Assembly: GCA_021151535.1 (NCBI GenBank)
Contig: JAGKXC010000003.1
Span: 1-62,388 of the forward strand
Reading direction: 5' to 3'
Origin: Sphingobacteriia bacterium
GTDB lineage: Bacteria; Bacteroidota; Bacteroidia; NS11-12g; UBA955
Length of the DNA: 62,388 nt
Numbering within the stretch: position 1 is the stretch's first letter; each line of letters begins with the position of its first letter. The notes under the pieces are model-generated. The model made no database searches. It saw only the letters and a list, made by a program, of their open reading frames with translations, and was not told the origin of the DNA. This document shows, in pieces, positions 39,863 to 50,063 of the stretch. Made by a program: the position numbers and the translations under genes.

Positions 39863-40768
39863 TTACTCACATTTTGTATTTAACCAATATTCATAATAAC
39901 CGCCAAACTGTTGGCCTGGATCAGGACCATCAACCATATCGTTTTGGTTAACTACTTTCTTTCTTACAATTCGAACTTGCATTGAAAGTATTTTGGCATT
40001 GGTAGGGTTGTAAGGTGCAAACAATTTATTGGGGATTATACTGAATTTAAATTTGCCCCCACCCAAATTTTTCATCGCCAATTCAGAGAAATTCCCTGCT
40101 TGTTTTTCATTTGCTGCAATGGTGATAAATGTGCTCGCACCAGTTCTAGCTTTGATGAAAACATAGAAATCGTCTTTGTTTTTCAAAGAGTCTTTGGTGT
40201 CTACATTTCTATCATAGTATAAGGTGAATACATCGTTACCACTAATACTTAAGGTGTCTTTAACGGCTTTGGTTGGGAAGCAATAAACTTTTTGTGGGCC
40301 ACTAACGGGTGCTACAAAATCAATTTTCAAGTCCTCTGTTTTACATTCACTTCCATTTGCACCCGCGCCACCGTCTTTGAATTTCAATAACAAAGAAATG
40401 TCTTTTGCATACAAATCAGCGGGAGTTACTTCGTAAAACTTTGTAGGAATCATGCGGTAATAGTATACATCATCCCCAGCATGTGTTAAACGCAAAGCTT
40501 CGTTGCTTTCATTCCATTTGCCATTGTTAAGTGGATGTCCAACTGGATGTTCCTTCGGACTCCATGTCCACATGTACAAAGGTTGTACACCACCCAACAT
40601 ATTAGGAACCCCTGCGAATTCACATTTTTTCAAATCTACCCAAATGGTAATGGAATCATTTGGATTAATGGGATCAGGAGTAGCCCAAGCTTTTTGAGCA
40701 TAACTATTTTGCATCGCCCCGAAAAACAGAGAGAAAGCAATCAATACTAATTTAAAATTTTTCATCAT
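39863..40768 (-). CDS. Exported two-repeat beta-domain protein, putative glycan-binding (DUF4961/SusE-F-like position)
   Basis: Sec signal peptide (SYA-Q); two similar halves (ITIWVD...YRMIPTKFY and FTLYYD...FSIIPNKLF); Trp-rich; last gene of the susCD operon. Confidence 0.55.
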   Translation of the reverse strand: MMKNFKLVLIAFSLFFGAMQNSYAQKAWATPDPINPNDSITIWVDLKKCEFAGVPNMLGGVQPLYMWTWSPKEHPVGHPLNNGKWNESNEALRLTHAGDDVYYYRMIPTKFYEVTPADLYAKDISLLLKFKDGGAGANGSECKTEDLKIDFVAPVSGPQKVYCFPTKAVKDTLSISGNDVFTLYYDRNVDTKDSLKNKDDFYVFIKARTGASTFITIAANEKQAGNFSELAMKNLGGGKFKFSIIPNKLFAPYNPTNAKILSMQVRIVRKKVVNQNDMVDGPDPGQQFGGYYEYWLNTKCE

Positions 40769-40779
40769 TTAGGACTTAA

Positions 40780-41277
40780 TTATTTGCGGGTGAACCAAAG
40801 ATGATAGCTTACGGTACGTTTGCCACCACAAATTTTATTGAACTTCAATACCAAATTGGCATCTTGAGGTCTAACTGGTTTCAAGAGTGAAACTGTAGCT
40901 TCTTCTGCTGTACCTGCTTCGAAAACGATTTTACTTGGGTAAGTTGGATTGTCGAAACCCCATTTTCCACTAGTTTTAGGGAAAAGGTTCGCGCCTGCTC
41001 CTGCGGTTAAAGAATAATCGCCAGCTTCTGTGAAGGTAGCTTCCACGGGAGTTCCATCAATGTAAACGTCGGAAACATCCAATAATGTATCACTTTCTAC
41101 GAAAGCCAACATTTGGTTTACATCAATTTGGTCTACGCGGTATAGTACCCAAGTAGATTTGGTTAAACCTTCCGTTTGGCTTGGCGCTGGACCTAGAGTT
41201 TTCTGTTCCGGTTTGCAACTGCCGATAGCAAAAACCAATATTAAGGCGCTGATTACGGGAATTATTGTCTTTTTCAT
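40780..41277 (-). CDS. Lipoprotein, DUF5004/lipocalin-like
   Basis: Lipobox AIGSC; TWVLYRV...GKWGFDNPTYPSKIVF...SYHLWFTRK; directly after susD. Confidence 0.65.
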   Translation of the reverse strand: MKKTIIPVISALILVFAIGSCKPEQKTLGPAPSQTEGLTKSTWVLYRVDQIDVNQMLAFVESDTLLDVSDVYIDGTPVEATFTEAGDYSLTAGAGANLFPKTSGKWGFDNPTYPSKIVFEAGTAEEATVSLLKPVRPQDANLVLKFNKICGGKRTVSYHLWFTRK

Positions 41278-42653
41278 TAGTTACATCCTCCTGTTGGGTT
41301 AATTTCAAAGATGGTTGTTTTTTCTGTAATAGGAAATTGTAGCACAAATCCAGGGCAGTTCCATGCATGTCCTCTAACATATAGGTTTTGCCCTTCTATA
41401 GCACCCAATCGTTTGATTTCATTGGTTCTGTCACCGCTAAACATCAATTCAATTCTTCTTTGAAATCTTGTTTCAGTGATGATTTGATCTGCAGTGGCAG
41501 AACTGCTCAATTTGCGGTTGTCATTGGTGTAAGCACGGTCAATAATTTTATTAATATCATCAACAGCAACTGTTAAATCGCCACCAGATTTGGCCAAAGA
41601 TTCTGCTCTAATCAAATACATTTGTGTTAAGTGCAACAAGGGTACATCAAAATATGGAGCATTAAATGCTTCTGTTTTGATAAACTCATTCTGTGCACCC
41701 GCGTTCACAACGGTTAACATTTTTACACGTAAATCAGAAGTATCCTTGATTGAAGCGTAGAAAGCTTTATCTACCTGACAGGTTGGATTACCAGGAGCGT
41801 AATTATCTGTAAAACCACCACTTCTCTTGTCGCTCGCACTTGTGCTTACGATTTTGAAAATGTATTCAGAACTCGCTTTGGCTGTGTAAAGATTGGTGGT
41901 GTCTGTGAATTGGTAATTGCCAGAATTAATAATTTCACTGGCCAAAGCAGCTGCAACACTATATTGTCCCATTTGGAAATTCACATGTGCCAGCAAAGCT
42001 TTTGCAGCATCTTTGTTTGCATAGTTTCCATTAGAAGCCGGTAATAAATTCGCAGCTTCAGAAGCATCAGCAATAATTTGCTCATATGCTTCTTTAACTG
42101 ATTTTCTTGGTTGTGGCTTGGTAGAGGCAGAGGTTACAATCGCAATTCCAGGATGTAAATTATCCGTTGTTGACCCATAGGGCTGAGCAAACATGCGGAC
42201 TGCTGTAAAATGACAGAAAGCTCGGATAAATTTGATCTCTCCATTCATTCTATCTTGATCGGATTGAGAAAGTGCAACTCGGCTCATGTTATCTTGAACG
42301 AAGTTCGCCCTGAATATAACGCGATATAAGCTAGCGTAAAATCCGCCACATGTGCTATTGAAAAACAATACGTTATGGTTGTATAGTTCTTTCAAATCGT
42401 TGTTGTTCGGTAAGGACAAGTTATCCGATTGCATTTCGCTCATCATTTGAGCAAATCCACCGAAAGTATTGGCTAATTCATTGTAGCTGCTGTTCAAAAG
42501 TCGCTGCAAATCATCGGCATTGTTAATTGCGCTATCTACCAACAATTCATTTGGCGGAGGCGTTTCAATCCATTTATCGCAACTCACAACACCTACTCCA
42601 ACCGTTGTTAGGGTGAGGGCGATAAGCGCAGAGGTTAATTGGTTTGTTTTCAT
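41277..42653 (-). CDS. susD: RagB/SusD family nutrient-binding lipoprotein
   Basis: Lipobox VVSC; LYRVIFRAN, GEIKFIRAFCHF, AAKALLA, YLIRAE, RRIELMFSGDR. Confidence 0.93.
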   Translation of the reverse strand: MKTNQLTSALIALTLTTVGVGVVSCDKWIETPPPNELLVDSAINNADDLQRLLNSSYNELANTFGGFAQMMSEMQSDNLSLPNNNDLKELYNHNVLFFNSTCGGFYASLYRVIFRANFVQDNMSRVALSQSDQDRMNGEIKFIRAFCHFTAVRMFAQPYGSTTDNLHPGIAIVTSASTKPQPRKSVKEAYEQIIADASEAANLLPASNGNYANKDAAKALLAHVNFQMGQYSVAAALASEIINSGNYQFTDTTNLYTAKASSEYIFKIVSTSASDKRSGGFTDNYAPGNPTCQVDKAFYASIKDTSDLRVKMLTVVNAGAQNEFIKTEAFNAPYFDVPLLHLTQMYLIRAESLAKSGGDLTVAVDDINKIIDRAYTNDNRKLSSSATADQIITETRFQRRIELMFSGDRTNEIKRLGAIEGQNLYVRGHAWNCPGFVLQFPITEKTTIFEINPTGGCN

Positions 42654-42655
42654 GA

Positions 42656-45600
42656 TTAGAATGACAAATTAATGGAAAGACTGATACTCTTCTCTTGAGG
42701 AGTAGTTAAATAGGTAATGCTACCGCTCATATTTCTATCGGTTGCGTTTTCAAAGTCACGGGCAATCTCAGGGTCGATGCCGGTGTAACGTGTCCAAGTT
42801 AACAAGTTGGTTCCTACCAACATGATGCGCATTGCATCGAACTTAGATTTTTTCAACCAAGCCGATGGCATTCTGTAAGAAACGCTTAAAGTTCTTAAAC
42901 GAACGTATGTGCCATCTTGTAACCACAAATCAGTGTTGATCCATGGGGTAGTAGAACCGTGGTTGAAGGTGCTCAAAGTCATCTTCGGATACAAAGCATT
43001 CGCATCGCCAGGAGCTTGCCAACGATCCAAAACACGGCGGTCCATGTTCCAATCAGTTACCATGCTCAACTGACGTTTTACTGAGCTTTCGAAAATGCTA
43101 CCACCGATGTTATAGTAAATGTTGGCGTTTAATTCCCAGTTTTTGTACGTGAATACGTTACCCAAGTTACCGAAAGCCTTTGGCAATACATTGCCTACGG
43201 CTACACGGTTTGCAGGATCCCATTTGTAGGTTTCATTACCATTCAAATCCAAATAAATTGGCGCACCAGTATTGGGGTCTATTCTAGAAAATCTTACCAA
43301 GAAGTTTGTTCCAACAGGCTGGTTCACTACAACACGGGTATCGTTTGTACCACCGGAAATTGCGTCTGGGGTATAAATTCCAATTGACGTGATTTTGTTT
43401 GCGTTCTTGGCGATGTTGAAGTTTGTTGTCCAATTTACATTTTTCTTACGAATGTTGATGGTCTTTAGAGAAAATTCAACACCTTGGTTTGTAATCTGCC
43501 CAACATTATCATAGTAATTTCCAAAACCAGTAGACACAGGGATATTAACGTTCATTATAACATCAGTGGTAAGTTTATGGTAATAAGTAATATCGCCCGA
43601 AATTCTATTTTTCAAGAATCCGTATTCAATACCTGCATCAAAGTTGGTAGTTGTTTCCCAACGCAAATTGGGGTTTTCCAAACGAGCGGGAGCCAACGTT
43701 GGTTGCGTGTTATAACGTGGTAAGTTAGAACTTGGCGTAATTGTACCCCAACGAGCATAGTTGTCGAAATTCGCATTACCGCTTCGTCCGATACCCGCAC
43801 GCGCTTTCAAGAAATTGATCCAACGCTGTTTTTTAATGAATGATTCTTCACTCAAAATATAGCCAATAGCCGCTGCAGGGAAGAAGCCATAACGATTGTT
43901 TCTACCGAAACGTGAACTACCGTCCCAACGGCTTGTAACCTGGAAGTTGAATTTGTTTTTGTAAGAGTAATTGAAACGACCGAAATAAGAGATAAACGCC
44001 CATTCGTATGGGGTTCTTGAATAAGTAACAGCGGTTGCTGTATGGGTTGAATCCGTAATAAAAGCAGATGGGGCGATAGGGTTTTTGTCGATCGGACCGG
44101 CCGCGTCGAAATTCTCTACATATTTGCCTTTGCTAATACTTTTTTGGAATTCATGACCTAACATGGCCGCGATGCTGTGGTTCCGGCCTAAATCTTTATT
44201 GTATTGTAATGTTGTATAGTAGTTGCGATTGGCAGTCCAAGTTGGGAACCATTTTGCATCACCTTGGAATGCATAATTAGCATTATAATACTTGATTAAT
44301 GCGGCAGGCTCATACAACTGTTCATTATAATCCATGTAATCATAAGAACCACTCACATTCCATACTAAGTTTTTAGCCAAATCAACACTCAAAGAAGCGT
44401 TGTTAATGGTTCTCACTTCAACCGTTCTCCAACTCTTTAAATCACGGATGGTTTGTAAACCTACAGGTGTGATATAAGATTTGGTAGCACTGTCGTATAA
44501 TGGTTGCAATGGGTATATGTTCAACATGGTACTCATGGCGCTTCCTAAACCACCGGCCCAAGAGGCGTCAACACGGTGGTTTGTACCTTGGCTTAAAGAA
44601 TGAGAAAGTTGCAAGTTTACACCTTTTATGGGTTTGAAATCCATGTTAACTCTCTCTGCTACACGATTATAGCTATTGCCAATGATGAAGCTTCCATTAT
44701 CGTCGTAACTTAATATTCCTTTTACTGCAAAGTTCTTTCCCACATAATTTCCTGAAATATTATAGTTCTGTTTTGAACCCCTACCGATAACTTGATCAAC
44801 CCAGTTGGTATTTATTTTTTGCGCTTGATCCCATGTCATTCTAACACCAATTAATGATAAATCAGGTGTGCCAACATGACCGTCATTCTGCCAAGCTTCT
44901 TGATAAAGTTGCAACCATTCTGGGCCACTCAACATATTTGGTTTTTTTGTGGGTTCAGAAATACCCCAACGTGCACTAACGTCGAATTTTAGGCCTTTTT
45001 TCTTAGCGCGCTTGGTTGTAATTAATATTACACCGTTCGCACCCCTAGAACCATAAATACTTGTTGCTGCTGCGTCTTTCAAGATTTCAATATTTTCAAT
45101 ATCATCTGGATTGATTGAAGCCAAAGGGTTATTATTAAAACCACCTCCATAATTTGAACCATTGGCTCTATTCATGAAATAGTCTTGGGTAACTGGAATA
45201 CCATCAATTACATACAATGGGTCTCCCGCAGCAGAAATACTAGAAGCACCCCTGATTCTAATCAATGATGCACTACCAGCCATACCGCTTCCTACAATAA
45301 CTTGAACGCCCGTAGCTTTACCTTGCAAAGCGGCTTCAAAGCTAGGAGCAGGCATATCGGTGATGTCTTTCCCTGAAACTGTGGCAATGGAACCCACTAC
45401 ATTTCTGCGCGTTTGGCGGCCATAACCAACAATTACAACTCCTTCCATCGCAGTAATGCCAGTTTGAAGTGATAGATTCACAATGGTATTTCCTCCGTTG
45501 GTGATAGTTACCATTGAAGCCCCGTCTTCCATTTGTTCCTTGGTGAAAACAATTTGGTAGGTACCTGGTGCAATCCCAGCAATTGAATAACTACCGTCAA

Positions 45601-45784
45601 CTGCGGTAATTGCTTTGAAAGCGGTGTTCACCAACTCAACGGCAGCACCTTCAATCGGTTTTTTGCTAGAAGCATCGGTAAGTACGCCCGATACGCTTCC
45701 TGTTTGTGCCATTGCACTACTCATTAACCAACATGTAAGTGGTAATAACAGAGAATGCAATCGCTTCCGTATAATTTGATACAT
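42656..45784 (-). CDS. susC: SusC/RagA family TonB-dependent transporter
   Basis: VVIVGYG, IRIRGASS, PLYVIDGIP, INPDDIENIEILKDAAATSIYGSRGANGVILITTK, DGSSRFG, NPNLRWETT, C-terminal Phe. Confidence 0.96.
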   Translation of the reverse strand: MYQIIRKRLHSLLLPLTCWLMSSAMAQTGSVSGVLTDASSKKPIEGAAVELVNTAFKAITAVDGSYSIAGIAPGTYQIVFTKEQMEDGASMVTITNGGNTIVNLSLQTGITAMEGVVIVGYGRQTRRNVVGSIATVSGKDITDMPAPSFEAALQGKATGVQVIVGSGMAGSASLIRIRGASSISAAGDPLYVIDGIPVTQDYFMNRANGSNYGGGFNNNPLASINPDDIENIEILKDAAATSIYGSRGANGVILITTKRAKKKGLKFDVSARWGISEPTKKPNMLSGPEWLQLYQEAWQNDGHVGTPDLSLIGVRMTWDQAQKINTNWVDQVIGRGSKQNYNISGNYVGKNFAVKGILSYDDNGSFIIGNSYNRVAERVNMDFKPIKGVNLQLSHSLSQGTNHRVDASWAGGLGSAMSTMLNIYPLQPLYDSATKSYITPVGLQTIRDLKSWRTVEVRTINNASLSVDLAKNLVWNVSGSYDYMDYNEQLYEPAALIKYYNANYAFQGDAKWFPTWTANRNYYTTLQYNKDLGRNHSIAAMLGHEFQKSISKGKYVENFDAAGPIDKNPIAPSAFITDSTHTATAVTYSRTPYEWAFISYFGRFNYSYKNKFNFQVTSRWDGSSRFGRNNRYGFFPAAAIGYILSEESFIKKQRWINFLKARAGIGRSGNANFDNYARWGTITPSSNLPRYNTQPTLAPARLENPNLRWETTTNFDAGIEYGFLKNRISGDITYYHKLTTDVIMNVNIPVSTGFGNYYDNVGQITNQGVEFSLKTINIRKKNVNWTTNFNIAKNANKITSIGIYTPDAISGGTNDTRVVVNQPVGTNFLVRFSRIDPNTGAPIYLDLNGNETYKWDPANRVAVGNVLPKAFGNLGNVFTYKNWELNANIYYNIGGSIFESSVKRQLSMVTDWNMDRRVLDRWQAPGDANALYPKMTLSTFNHGSTTPWINTDLWLQDGTYVRLRTLSVSYRMPSAWLKKSKFDAMRIMLVGTNLLTWTRYTGIDPEIARDFENATDRNMSGSITYLTTPQEKSISLSINLSF

Positions 45785-45934
45785 AGGCAATAAATTAGTT
45801 TTGCAATATACTAAAAAAAATCAAGGAAGTGTCATTCTAACAATAAGTAAAAGTGTAGAAATGACGTTTTGCCACAAAAAATCCTAAAATCCTTATACAA
45901 AAGGAGTTCGCTATGAGCGTTTTTTGGTGAAATT

Positions 45935-47302
45935 TTATTGTGGTTTAGGATAAAACCGAATGATGGGCCTAAAGCCGGTATAGGCATTCGCACTAAATTT
46001 ATGTTGAAATTCTACGGCGAAAGGCTCAGTGTAATAGAAGTCTTTAAGGTAATTGCCCCCTTTAACTGCGTAGTAATTCACCATGTCTTCTTCTTTCCAC
46101 AAAGTTTTGCTTAAATCAAAAGCGGAAGGATTCTGATAAGCGTTGGGAACCAGTGTTCCACTGATGTTGTATGTGTACGTTTTATTGTTGAATAAATGAC
46201 CCATCGCTGGTGTGGAAGTCCACTCTGAAACATTTCCTAAAAAGTGGTTCACCGCTGACATTTCTTTTGGGAAATTCAATCCCGATGTCTCCATAGGTAT
46301 AGATAATCCCAGTCTCCAAGAATTAACATTGCCAATTTGGTAAATTTTTACACCATGCAAAGTGGATAGTCCATTGACATTCAAAATGAAACCATCTTTC
46401 ATTCCTATGATATTTAATAGGTTGTAATGGTTTACGTCTCTAATTACACTTCGATCTATTGTAATTGATTCTTTGTATTTCTTATTGAGAAGTGGTAGTA
46501 AAGGTTTGGCAATAAATTCATCATAGGCGGCAATCCATTCTGCTGTAGTGGGTAGGTCAACTTCAATCATCATATTCGAGGGAATGAGATTTGCCCACTT
46601 AGCCTTCAATTGTGTTTCTAACCATTTGCAATATGCCCTTGCTTGCACAGCACTAACACCAACAACAGGGTAGTTGTTGTATGCTTCATGCTGGAAATAA
46701 TAAATAGAATAAGCTTCATTGTATACAACTTGGCCCTGTATCCAAACATTGGTGTCGGGATAAATTTCAGAAACTTTTAAGCCATAATTTTTAATAAAAG
46801 TAGAGTCTTTTTTCATGGCATCTACAAAGCTTCTGTATTCTTTATTAGAAATCTCATTGTGGTAAACATAAAACGGACTAGTACTATAATGTTCACTTAG
46901 ATTGTGGATCGTATCAAATCCAGCATAATCATTAAATACCGGGAGGTAGGTATGTTTGGTTAAAAAGAGGGAGTCTTTGGGGTATTGCCAATTGGCAGCC
47001 TTAGGTAAATCCTTAGCTGAACTTGAAATAACTGGGAAGTATTGCAAATAGAAGTCCTTGTTCTTAGATAATGCATTCGGCGCTTTTAACGATTTTTTAA
47101 TCGGTTCAGCTGATTTTAAATAATACCGAAATGTTAAATCTTGATGGGGAAGAATTTGTGACGTCAAAGGATTAATAACCAACACAACAAAAAGTAAAAA
47201 TGCCCCTTTGAATTTACTCAATGAGCCAAAATGAAATCTCCAATATATGATGATTGTTGAATATTTAAAAAACAATGTATTTGCTAAATATTGAAATTTC
47301 AT
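45935..47302 (-). CDS. Formylglycine-generating-enzyme (SUMF1) fold protein, GldK/GldJ-like
   Basis: FYVYHNEISNKEYRSFV, IYPDTNVW, YFQHEAYNNYPVVGVS..QARAYCKW, LPTTAEW, GNVSEWT, KGG, TGFRP. The start codon is uncertain. Confidence 0.75.
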   Translation of the reverse strand: MKFQYLANTLFFKYSTIIIYWRFHFGSLSKFKGAFLLFVVLVINPLTSQILPHQDLTFRYYLKSAEPIKKSLKAPNALSKNKDFYLQYFPVISSSAKDLPKAANWQYPKDSLFLTKHTYLPVFNDYAGFDTIHNLSEHYSTSPFYVYHNEISNKEYRSFVDAMKKDSTFIKNYGLKVSEIYPDTNVWIQGQVVYNEAYSIYYFQHEAYNNYPVVGVSAVQARAYCKWLETQLKAKWANLIPSNMMIEVDLPTTAEWIAAYDEFIAKPLLPLLNKKYKESITIDRSVIRDVNHYNLLNIIGMKDGFILNVNGLSTLHGVKIYQIGNVNSWRLGLSIPMETSGLNFPKEMSAVNHFLGNVSEWTSTPAMGHLFNNKTYTYNISGTLVPNAYQNPSAFDLSKTLWKEEDMVNYYAVKGGNYLKDFYYTEPFAVEFQHKFSANAYTGFRPIIRFYPKPQ

Positions 47303-47329
47303 GATTGATTGATTTAAATTAATAATTTG

Positions 47330-49954
47330 TTACCTCATCTGAATCAAAGCAGGATTGGATGTTACGGTTCTGTTGATTTTCAAATCTCTTAACAGGGGAG
47401 ACTTAGGTCTTAATGAAAATAACCATTGCTTCCCATATCCAGAAGGGATAAATGTGAATTCTAGCTGCCAACAATGTAAAGACCTTACAACGGTGAATTG
47501 TGAAGATGCTACTTGTTTGCGCATGAAGTCATAGCCAGTGCTGTAAGCTATTTTCCATTCATCTGTAATATTAATGTCGCCATTTATCGTTAATCGGTTG
47601 TTGGTTAAGTTGTTGCCAGTATAACCTTTGTGCTCCGAATTCAAGTTTAAATTGTATGTAAAACCAATAGACCAAGCTTTGCTAAAATCGTAATAATCCC
47701 AAGGTTGATTTTTTACTTGTTCTAACTCCTCTGGATCTGCGTCTTTTGTTTTGTCTAGATTCCCATCGCCAGATTTCTCCGTTTTCGACTTTGATTTGAA
47801 CATGTCAGGTGTGATTTTAGACGAAACGTTGGCATTAAAATTCTTAAATCGCAAGGGCATACCGCTTGAGTTGACATAAAAATTGTTAATTGCGTGCCCA
47901 TTTTTAAATTCGTAGAAACTGTGTGATGCAGTAAGTCCAATACGTAACTGTTTAAATAACACAGTATTTAAGGTTGAATTTATGTCGCTAAATTTTAAAG
48001 AATCAGCAAACATATTGTAATTGCCATTGAAACTCAATTGGTCAATAATGTTTACTTTTTCTGGTTTTTTACCTCCTGTGGTATCGGTTTTTGCGATTTT
48101 TTTGGCTTGGAAGTTATTGCCAATGCCATATGTTATTGCTCCACCACCAACTTGTCCTGTACCGCCATATAGATTTGATGCAAAAATGCTGTAATCCCTA
48201 GTTTTATTGCCTGAATCAATGTAGCTGCGGGTCCATCCTTTTGCTTTTCCGTCAATTTCCGGGCGATAAGTAAATCCAATACTCGGAGTGATTGTATGTC
48301 TTATCGCGCGAATTCTTCCTATTTTGAGTTTATTAAAGGTACCATAAATGTTGGTGTTAAGGTTGGCGGTCGCGTCATAATTGTATAACCTAAAAAAGCT
48401 CATTGTGTCACGAATGGCGACCTTTTTATTTGCAATATCCCAGTTTTGAAGTTTAGCTTGAAAATACCAAGTTTCACTGTAATTGAAAGAAGGCGTAAGA
48501 TTCAGAACGCCTTTAAATAATTTCACATTGGTTGAAATGGGAATTCTATGCTTCACGCCTGATTGAAGGTTGTCGAAAGCAGTTTTGTATTTATCACTAA
48601 AAATGATTGTGTCTTTGGTATTCAATACGTTAGCATAGTTCATGTTGTAGCCCAATCGCAATTGTTGGTACCATTTGCTATTGCTGCTGTTTTTCTTGGC
48701 GAAGGGTGTTAAGCTTGATACACCTAAATTGATGTTTGGTAATTCAATTCGGAAGTCGCGGGTTTGGGTATTTTGACTATGTCGAGCGCTTGCGGTTAGA
48801 TTCATCTTGTTTTTAAAGAAGTTCTGACCATAATTGACACTTGAAGTGAACTGATTGTTGTTCAGTGATCTTACGTCTTGCGCATTTTTCTTGTTAAAAT
48901 TACCAGTTACAATATTGATATTACCATTTAATGTTATCCCAGGTAGTAATTTTGGATCCATGTTAAACTGGCCAGTGATGCCAAAGTCGATCGTTTTCTT
49001 GTATTCTGGATTGGCGAAATCTAAGCCATTACCAAATCTACTGGCTTGTAGATTTAAGTTGCCTTTCCAGTGATACCGTTTGGAGAAATTGGTTTGAATT
49101 TTCCCTCTTAAATCGCCATTTAAAAATACATCGGTAGCAACGGTTAAGTCCATAAATTGACCTAAAGCTGTGTAATAACCTAAGTTAGAAAGAAAGAATG
49201 ATTTGTTTGGGCGAAAGTATCCATAGTTTGGCATAAGAATCCCATTTCTTCTACCTTTTTGCAATGGTGCTAATCCAAAAGGTAGTGCCAAAGGCGTAGG
49301 AATTCCTAGGAAAACCATATTTGCGGGGCCAAAGAATGCTTTGTTGTTGGGTATGATTTTGATTTTTGAAGTATTGAGATAAAAGTGTGGATTCGGATCA
49401 TCGCAAGTAGTTAGTTTGCCATTTGCACCAATAAACGCACCATTAGGTTGTTTTACTACTGCTTGTAATTGTACATACGCTTCATCTTGTTTGAGATGCA
49501 ATCCGTAAACTTTTCCTTTTTGGGTAGAAGAGGAGTAAATCATTGAGTCTGCTTCATAGGTTTCTCCTTTATCTTTGAATTGGGGTTTATCGCTGTAATT
49601 ACCAGCCGAATCAGGTCCGCCTTTTGCAAACAATATTTTTTTATTTAATCTAACTTCGATAAATCTAGCCTGCAAATCGGTTTGGTCGAATTGAACATGT
49701 GCTTTGTGGTAAAGTTGGGCAGTAGCTTTGTTTACCCAAAGGGTTAAGCTATCTTGTGCATCATAATGAATGGGCGATTGCAGTGAGGATTTGGTAGTGA
49801 AAGGTAAACTGTCTGTTTTATTAGACTTAATGCTGATGCTATCAGTTTTTTGTAAGGTTTGACTTAATAGTGTTTGAGTAAAAATGAGAAAAAACAAAGC
49901 AATCCACACGGTGCGTGAACTACCTGTATTATATATAAGGTGAAAATTTCTCAA
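47330..49954 (-). CDS. lptD: LPS assembly protein LptD (Bacteroidota type)
   Basis: IHYDAQDS, LTTCDDPNPHFY, IPTPLALPFG, GILMPNYG, GYY, IRHTITP, RSLHCWQLEF; divergent from the amidase, as in the conserved cluster. Confidence 0.9.
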   Translation of the reverse strand: MRNFHLIYNTGSSRTVWIALFFLIFTQTLLSQTLQKTDSISIKSNKTDSLPFTTKSSLQSPIHYDAQDSLTLWVNKATAQLYHKAHVQFDQTDLQARFIEVRLNKKILFAKGGPDSAGNYSDKPQFKDKGETYEADSMIYSSSTQKGKVYGLHLKQDEAYVQLQAVVKQPNGAFIGANGKLTTCDDPNPHFYLNTSKIKIIPNNKAFFGPANMVFLGIPTPLALPFGLAPLQKGRRNGILMPNYGYFRPNKSFFLSNLGYYTALGQFMDLTVATDVFLNGDLRGKIQTNFSKRYHWKGNLNLQASRFGNGLDFANPEYKKTIDFGITGQFNMDPKLLPGITLNGNINIVTGNFNKKNAQDVRSLNNNQFTSSVNYGQNFFKNKMNLTASARHSQNTQTRDFRIELPNINLGVSSLTPFAKKNSSNSKWYQQLRLGYNMNYANVLNTKDTIIFSDKYKTAFDNLQSGVKHRIPISTNVKLFKGVLNLTPSFNYSETWYFQAKLQNWDIANKKVAIRDTMSFFRLYNYDATANLNTNIYGTFNKLKIGRIRAIRHTITPSIGFTYRPEIDGKAKGWTRSYIDSGNKTRDYSIFASNLYGGTGQVGGGAITYGIGNNFQAKKIAKTDTTGGKKPEKVNIIDQLSFNGNYNMFADSLKFSDINSTLNTVLFKQLRIGLTASHSFYEFKNGHAINNFYVNSSGMPLRFKNFNANVSSKITPDMFKSKSKTEKSGDGNLDKTKDADPEELEQVKNQPWDYYDFSKAWSIGFTYNLNLNSEHKGYTGNNLTNNRLTINGDINITDEWKIAYSTGYDFMRKQVASSQFTVVRSLHCWQLEFTFIPSGYGKQWLFSLRPKSPLLRDLKINRTVTSNPALIQMR

Positions 49955-50063
49955 ATCGGTGCGAAATTCGGCAAAAAAATTGCGTATCGGAAAAAGGCTT
50001 TCAACAATTTTCGAAATTATCGAGTAGTTGACAGAAAATAAACGATAAAATAAAAGAAATCAT

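Noticed and set aside
45861-45890. CGTCAT on the minus strand upstream of susC as a third ECF promoter
   Set aside because: There is no GCAACC at the matching -35 position.
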